A DNA stretch of 42,847 nt from an uncultured Muribaculaceae bacterium (GTDB taxonomy: Bacteria > Bacillota_I > Bacilli_A > RF39 > UBA660). Below are positions 39,271 to 42,847 of the stretch, piece by piece. The DNA is taken from positions 1-42,847 of the forward strand of contig CAZWST010000005.1 in assembly GCA_964636965.1 (NCBI GenBank), read 5' to 3'. Both the position numbers and the translations under genes were made by a program. The notes beneath the pieces are model-generated. The model saw only the letters and a program-made list of their open reading frames with translations, was not told the origin of the DNA and ran no database searches. Position 1 is the first letter of the stretch. Each line of letters opens with the position of its first letter.

Positions 39271-39768
39271 ATGGATAAAATTAAATTAAAAAGAAAACTT
39301 CTTATCTTATGTATTTCATTTATTTTATACAGTGACACCTCTGATATATGTTTATATGAACCCAACTATGAAGTACTAGATGAAGAAAGTGATGCATATG
39401 GAACTTACTCTGATGGTTTAATTTATATTGGTAAGAGTGAATATCTCCGAAGTATTATCAATAAAGTTGATGAAGGAGACATCCTTGTATTAGATAGAAG
39501 GAATTCCTTGGATTCAGATATGCAAATAATCGATTCATACAAGATAACCAATCCAAATGACATAAAGGATATACTTTCTTGTCTCTTAGAATATGAAAGA
39601 GAAAATCCAACAAATTGGAATAGAACACTTTCATCAATGGAAGTAGAATGGCAAGTTCATAATATATTATATAGACTACATTATCAAAGGTATAGAACTG
39701 ATGATGTAGATTTAAATAATGCTGATGAAAACGTATATAATAATCATATATTAAAAAAACTATTTTAA
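39271..39768 (+). CDS. Hypothetical protein with N-terminal hydrophobic segment
   Basis: GGAGG RBS; WNRTLSSMEVEWQVHN...DVDLNN looks like a conserved motif, but the family is not recognised. Confidence 0.7.
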   Translation: MDKIKLKRKLLILCISFILYSDTSDICLYEPNYEVLDEESDAYGTYSDGLIYIGKSEYLRSIINKVDEGDILVLDRRNSLDSDMQIIDSYKITNPNDIKDILSCLLEYERENPTNWNRTLSSMEVEWQVHNILYRLHYQRYRTDDVDLNNADENVYNNHILKKLF

Positions 39769-39851
39769 ATAAGTAACCTAAGTGTAAAGATAAGTCATTA
39801 AATTACTAACTTTAATTAAACTTATAGTAAAATTAATGTAGAGGTGCCGAT

Positions 39852-40547
39852 ATGGAGATATTTAAAGTAGAGTCGAATATAGCAAACTTAATTAATGAAT
39901 TTAATGTATCATCATTCAATAGTGTATCATCTATTCTATCTTGGTTTAATAAAGCTATTAATTATAAAGGAATATTTGAAAGTGAATTTGGTAGATCTTT
40001 AGTAAGTAGTCTTAAAAAACTTGGATATTCTGGATTAACTAGTCCTCATGAAGAATTAGAACATTATAAAAAACTTATGCATACAAGCACTACTGAAAAT
40101 GCTGAATCTATTGGTTACACATTAATATCTTTAATTATTAAATCTATAGAAGACAATAATTCTTTATCACCATATCTAGAGCAACTAATAGCTATTTATA
40201 ATCAAAATTATAATAAAGAAAAAACATTTAATGATATGATGGATTCTCTTACAGCATCAATTGGTAATTATGTTGTATTTGTAATAATAAGAGATGGATC
40301 AGTAAAACTATTATCTGGTACTCTAAATGGAATAGTTCCATATCAAAGGGTAGTAATAGATGGAATTGAGTATCCTTTTATTGGTTTTAATATAGAAATA
40401 AATAAAATAACTTCAAATGATGGAAAAGTATTATATAGTAATATATTATCTTCTCCCAAAGATGATTTAACAGATTATAGTGTAATAGAAAAGATGAATA
40501 ATAAATTATTCGGAGAAAAATATAAAGATAAAACTAAACTACTATAG
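39852..40547 (+). CDS. Hypothetical protein (231 aa)
   Basis: GAGGTG RBS; no motif recognised. Confidence 0.7.
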   Translation: MEIFKVESNIANLINEFNVSSFNSVSSILSWFNKAINYKGIFESEFGRSLVSSLKKLGYSGLTSPHEELEHYKKLMHTSTTENAESIGYTLISLIIKSIEDNNSLSPYLEQLIAIYNQNYNKEKTFNDMMDSLTASIGNYVVFVIIRDGSVKLLSGTLNGIVPYQRVVIDGIEYPFIGFNIEINKITSNDGKVLYSNILSSPKDDLTDYSVIEKMNNKLFGEKYKDKTKLL

Positions 40548-40556
40548 TAGTTTTTT

Positions 40557-40631
40557 GCCTACTTAGCACAGTGGTAGTGCAACGCCCTCGTAACGCGTAG
40601 GTCGCTGGTTCAAATCCGGCAGTAGGCACCA
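40557..40631 (+). tRNA. tRNA-Thr(CGT)
   Basis: Acceptor GCCTACT/AGTAGGC, anticodon loop CTCGTAA, T arm GCTGG-TTCAAAT-CCGGC and CCA; C31-C39 mismatch. Confidence 0.93.
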
Positions 40632-40713
40632 TTTTTAATTAAAAAAACATATCTATTAAAAAAAAATATATGTTAATATAAAAATAATATACTTATAAGG
40701 AAGAAACTTAATT

Positions 40714-41304
40714 ATGAAAAAAACCATATTATTTAGAATAATTTTATTAATATACTTAATTTTACCAATATTAATACTTGTTTTTCCAATGCTTTTTCAA
40801 TATAAGTTTTATATATTAACCATTGTAGGTATATCTATTTATTTTATTTTAAAAACAAATAAAGTATCCAATGATTTATTAGGTATAAAAAAAGAAAATA
40901 TAATAAGTTCTATAAAAAGGAATTTACCTATTATAATATTAGGTATAGTAACTATTATTTTACTTAGAACATTTAATCTAAATAAATATAAACCAACAGA
41001 AACAATACCCTTTTATATTTTTTATATTTTTATATCTTGCCCAATTCAAGAATTTCTATATAGGAGTGTATTTGGTTATTTTGATGATATTTTAATTAAA
41101 AATAAATATATAACAATATTATTATCTAGCATAAGCTATTCATTTATACATATTATTTATAAAGATGTACTAACTTTAGTTTTAACATTCTTATTTGGTT
41201 TAATCTTGTACTATGTATATCAAAAAGATAAAAATATATTTGGTGTCGCAATAAGTCATATTATTATTGGTATACTAACTATATATCTTGGAATTATAAA
41301 CTAA
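40714..41304 (+). CDS. CPBP family (type II CAAX/Abi) intramembrane metalloprotease
   Basis: Multi-TM; PIQEFLYRS (EExxxR variant), YSFIH and AISH motifs. Confidence 0.8.
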   Translation: MKKTILFRIILLIYLILPILILVFPMLFQYKFYILTIVGISIYFILKTNKVSNDLLGIKKENIISSIKRNLPIIILGIVTIILLRTFNLNKYKPTETIPFYIFYIFISCPIQEFLYRSVFGYFDDILIKNKYITILLSSISYSFIHIIYKDVLTLVLTFLFGLILYYVYQKDKNIFGVAISHIIIGILTIYLGIIN

Positions 41305-41312
41305 CTTTTTAT

Positions 41313-41386
41313 GCCGAATTAGTACAGTGGTAGTACAGATGCATGGTAAGCATCAGAGGGCAGTTCAATTCTGCCATTCGGCACCA
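41313..41386 (+). tRNA. tRNA-Thr(GGT)
   Basis: Acceptor GCCGAAT/ATTCGGC, anticodon arm GATGC-ATGGTAA-GCATC, T arm GGCAG-TTCAATT-CTGCC and CCA. Confidence 0.95.
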
Positions 41387-41430
41387 GAAGTGGATACATT
41401 CGAACTCTTAAAAAGAGGTCGAATTTAATC

Positions 41431-41464
41431 AATCAACTTTCTTTAAAAAGAGGTTGATTTTTTT
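41431..41464 (+). terminator. Intrinsic terminator after tRNA-Thr(GGT)
   Basis: AATCAACTTTC...GAGGTTGATT (with G-U pairs) followed by a T run. Confidence 0.65.
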
Positions 41465-41521
41465 AATCGCTAAAAAATAATCTAGAGGTTCTAATCATTA
41501 ACTCACAATTATTTTAATTCC

Positions 41522-41635
41522 TCTATTAGACAACAGGAACCCACTTATAATTCTTTTTTTTAACGTGCTAAAACAAAAAATATTTTTGCTTTAGCAAATA
41601 AGCATTACGAATTATAAGTGCCTATTGTCAATAGA
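41522..41635. repeat. Long imperfect nested inverted repeat
   Basis: TCTATTAGACAACAGG/CCTATTGTCAATAGA, CACTTATAATTC/GAATTATAAGTG (perfect 12 bp) and TGCTAAAACAAAAA/TTTTTGCTTTAGCA. Confidence 0.8.
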
Positions 41636-41756
41636 TTTCCTCAAAATAACGGCAAACATGAATGGTCATTATTTTTATTTTTTAAAAAATGCAAGTCATC
41701 ACTTTTTTTCCAATCTCTTAAAAACATCACATATTTTTGAATGGGCATAAGAGTTG

Positions 41757-41926
41757 GACACCACAAATCTATTTTACACTTGTAAAATGGGCCTTTCTCG
41801 TGGTGTCACTTCTATTTTTGCACTTGCAAAAATGGCGACTACGCCATAAAATTTGACTACGCCTATTTTAGAACCCTTATAAATGCTAGAGTTGTGAGTT
41901 TAAAGTGACAACTTATAGTGACTACT
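41757..41926. repeat. Cluster of palindromes and short direct repeats
   Basis: GACACCAC/GTGGTGTC enclosing CTATTTTACACTTGTAAAATGG; a second copy CTATTTTTGCACTTGCAAAAATGG; GACTACGCC x2; AGTGAC(A/T)ACT x2. Confidence 0.75.
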
Positions 41927-42042
41927 TTTCAAATAATTTGCAAAAACTTATTAAAAAAAGTGACGATTTGATAATGAAAAGAATGCAAAAATACAGTATA
42001 ATTATAAATGTAAATATTTCGTTTTCAGAAAGGAATTTGTTT

Positions 42043-42847
42043 ATGGAACAGTTAAAAAATGAAGATTTATTTGGAAATTATTATAACAAAATAAATGAAT
42101 TAATTTTAAAAGCAAAACATAATGTTATTAAAAATATTAATGTTGAAATGGTGGAACTTTATTTTGAAATAGGCTCTACTATTAATGAACTTATAGAAAA
42201 ATATAATTTGGAAGCATCACAAAATGAAATAATAAAATCTTTTTCAGAAAAATTAACTAAAGAATTTGGTCAAGGTTTTAGTGTTCCGAGTTTAAAGAAA
42301 ATGAAAAAATTCTATTTAACTTATAATAGTGGTTCCACACTGTGGAACCAGTTAAGTTGGAGTCATAATCGTTTAATAATGAATATAGAAGATGAAACTA
42401 AAAGGAACTTTTATCTAGAAGAATCTATTAAATCAAATTGGAGTGTTAGGCAATTAGAAAGACAAATTAATAGTTTTTATTACGAAAGATTATTATCAAC
42501 TAGTAATCACACTAAAGAGGCAGTTAAAAATGAAATTAATACTTTAGAAAAAAAAGAAAAAGTACAGGATTTTATTAAAGATCCATATATTTTAGAATTT
42601 TTAGATATTAAAGATAGAAGATTTTTAGAAAAAGATTTGGAATCTAATTTACTTGAACATATTTCAGAATTTTTATTAGAATTAGGTAGAGGATTCTCTT
42701 TTGTTGCAAGACAAAGAAGAATTGATGTTGACGGGGATAATTTTTATATAGATCTAGTTTTTTATAATTACGTGTTGAAGTGCTTTGTATTAATTGATTT
42801 AAAATTAGATAAATTGACTCATCAAGATATTGGACAAATGGATTTTT
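42043..42847 (+). CDS. yhcG: DUF1016/YhcG family PD-(D/E)xK nuclease, 3'-truncated by the window edge
   Basis: Read manually (absent from the ORF track because it has no stop): LYFEIG, GQGFS...LKKM, LSWSH, WSVRQLERQI, IKDPYILEFL, FLLELGRGFSFVARQ, IDLVFYN and IDLK...DIGQM. Confidence 0.92.
   Translation, partial: MEQLKNEDLFGNYYNKINELILKAKHNVIKNINVEMVELYFEIGSTINELIEKYNLEASQNEIIKSFSEKLTKEFGQGFSVPSLKKMKKFYLTYNSGSTLWNQLSWSHNRLIMNIEDETKRNFYLEESIKSNWSVRQLERQINSFYYERLLSTSNHTKEAVKNEINTLEKKEKVQDFIKDPYILEFLDIKDRRFLEKDLESNLLEHISEFLLELGRGFSFVARQRRIDVDGDNFYIDLVFYNYVLKCFVLIDLKLDKLTHQDIGQMDF

Noticed and set aside
41313-41386. A at position 32 of tRNA-Thr(GGT) as an anomaly
   Set aside because: An ATGGTAA loop is normal for this isoacceptor in Bacilli.
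41399-41464. Tandem similar hairpins (…TTAAAAAGAGGT…) as a CRISPR or att duplication
   Set aside because: There are only two degenerate copies and they do not match the tRNA 3' end; a duplicated terminator is the simplest explanation.
660-42847. DGR template repeat or reverse transcriptase
   Set aside because: I saw no second copy of the 480-650 segment and no RT motifs in any ORF. A by-eye search could miss a diverged copy.
1-42847. Genetic code 4 (TGA=Trp), suggested by the Mollicutes-like AT content
   Set aside because: Genes are full length under code 11, Trp is TGG, and TGA stops occur in ATGA overlaps at 1823-1826 and 8274-8277.

Overview
Very AT-rich chromosomal window from a low-GC Bacillota (Bacilli-like) genome. 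It uses the standard code (TGA acts as stop). The gene style suggests an uncultured RF39-type gut/rumen lineage, which is an inference. Housekeeping genes are scattered among many orphan ORFs: spoVD/ftsI-like PBP, mraY, ftsW/spoVE, CIRCE-controlled hsp20-clpB, add, cdd, ttcA and three tRNAs (Arg-CCT, Thr-CGT, Thr-GGT). The most notable items are: (1) the 3' end of a C-type-lectin/FGE-fold gene whose last ~170 nt jump to ~57% GC, like a diversity-generating retroelement variable region, with no RT or template repeat visible in the window; (2) a tightly coupled 4-gene operon (TelA-like, unknown, coiled-coil/MoxR-type AAA+ ATPase, degenerate vWA-like partner) whose promoter sits inside an inverted repeat; (3) a 2275-aa SH3b/Ig-repeat/dockerin protein followed by two membrane-anchored cohesin-like proteins, i.e. 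a candidate non-cellulosomal surface complex; (4) a sortase B with an adjacent APKTG substrate; (5) an ADP-ribosyltransferase-like orphan; (6) a heavily structured non-coding region between tRNA-Thr(GGT) and a DUF1016/YhcG nuclease gene. All family calls come from motif recognition by eye; no database searches were run.
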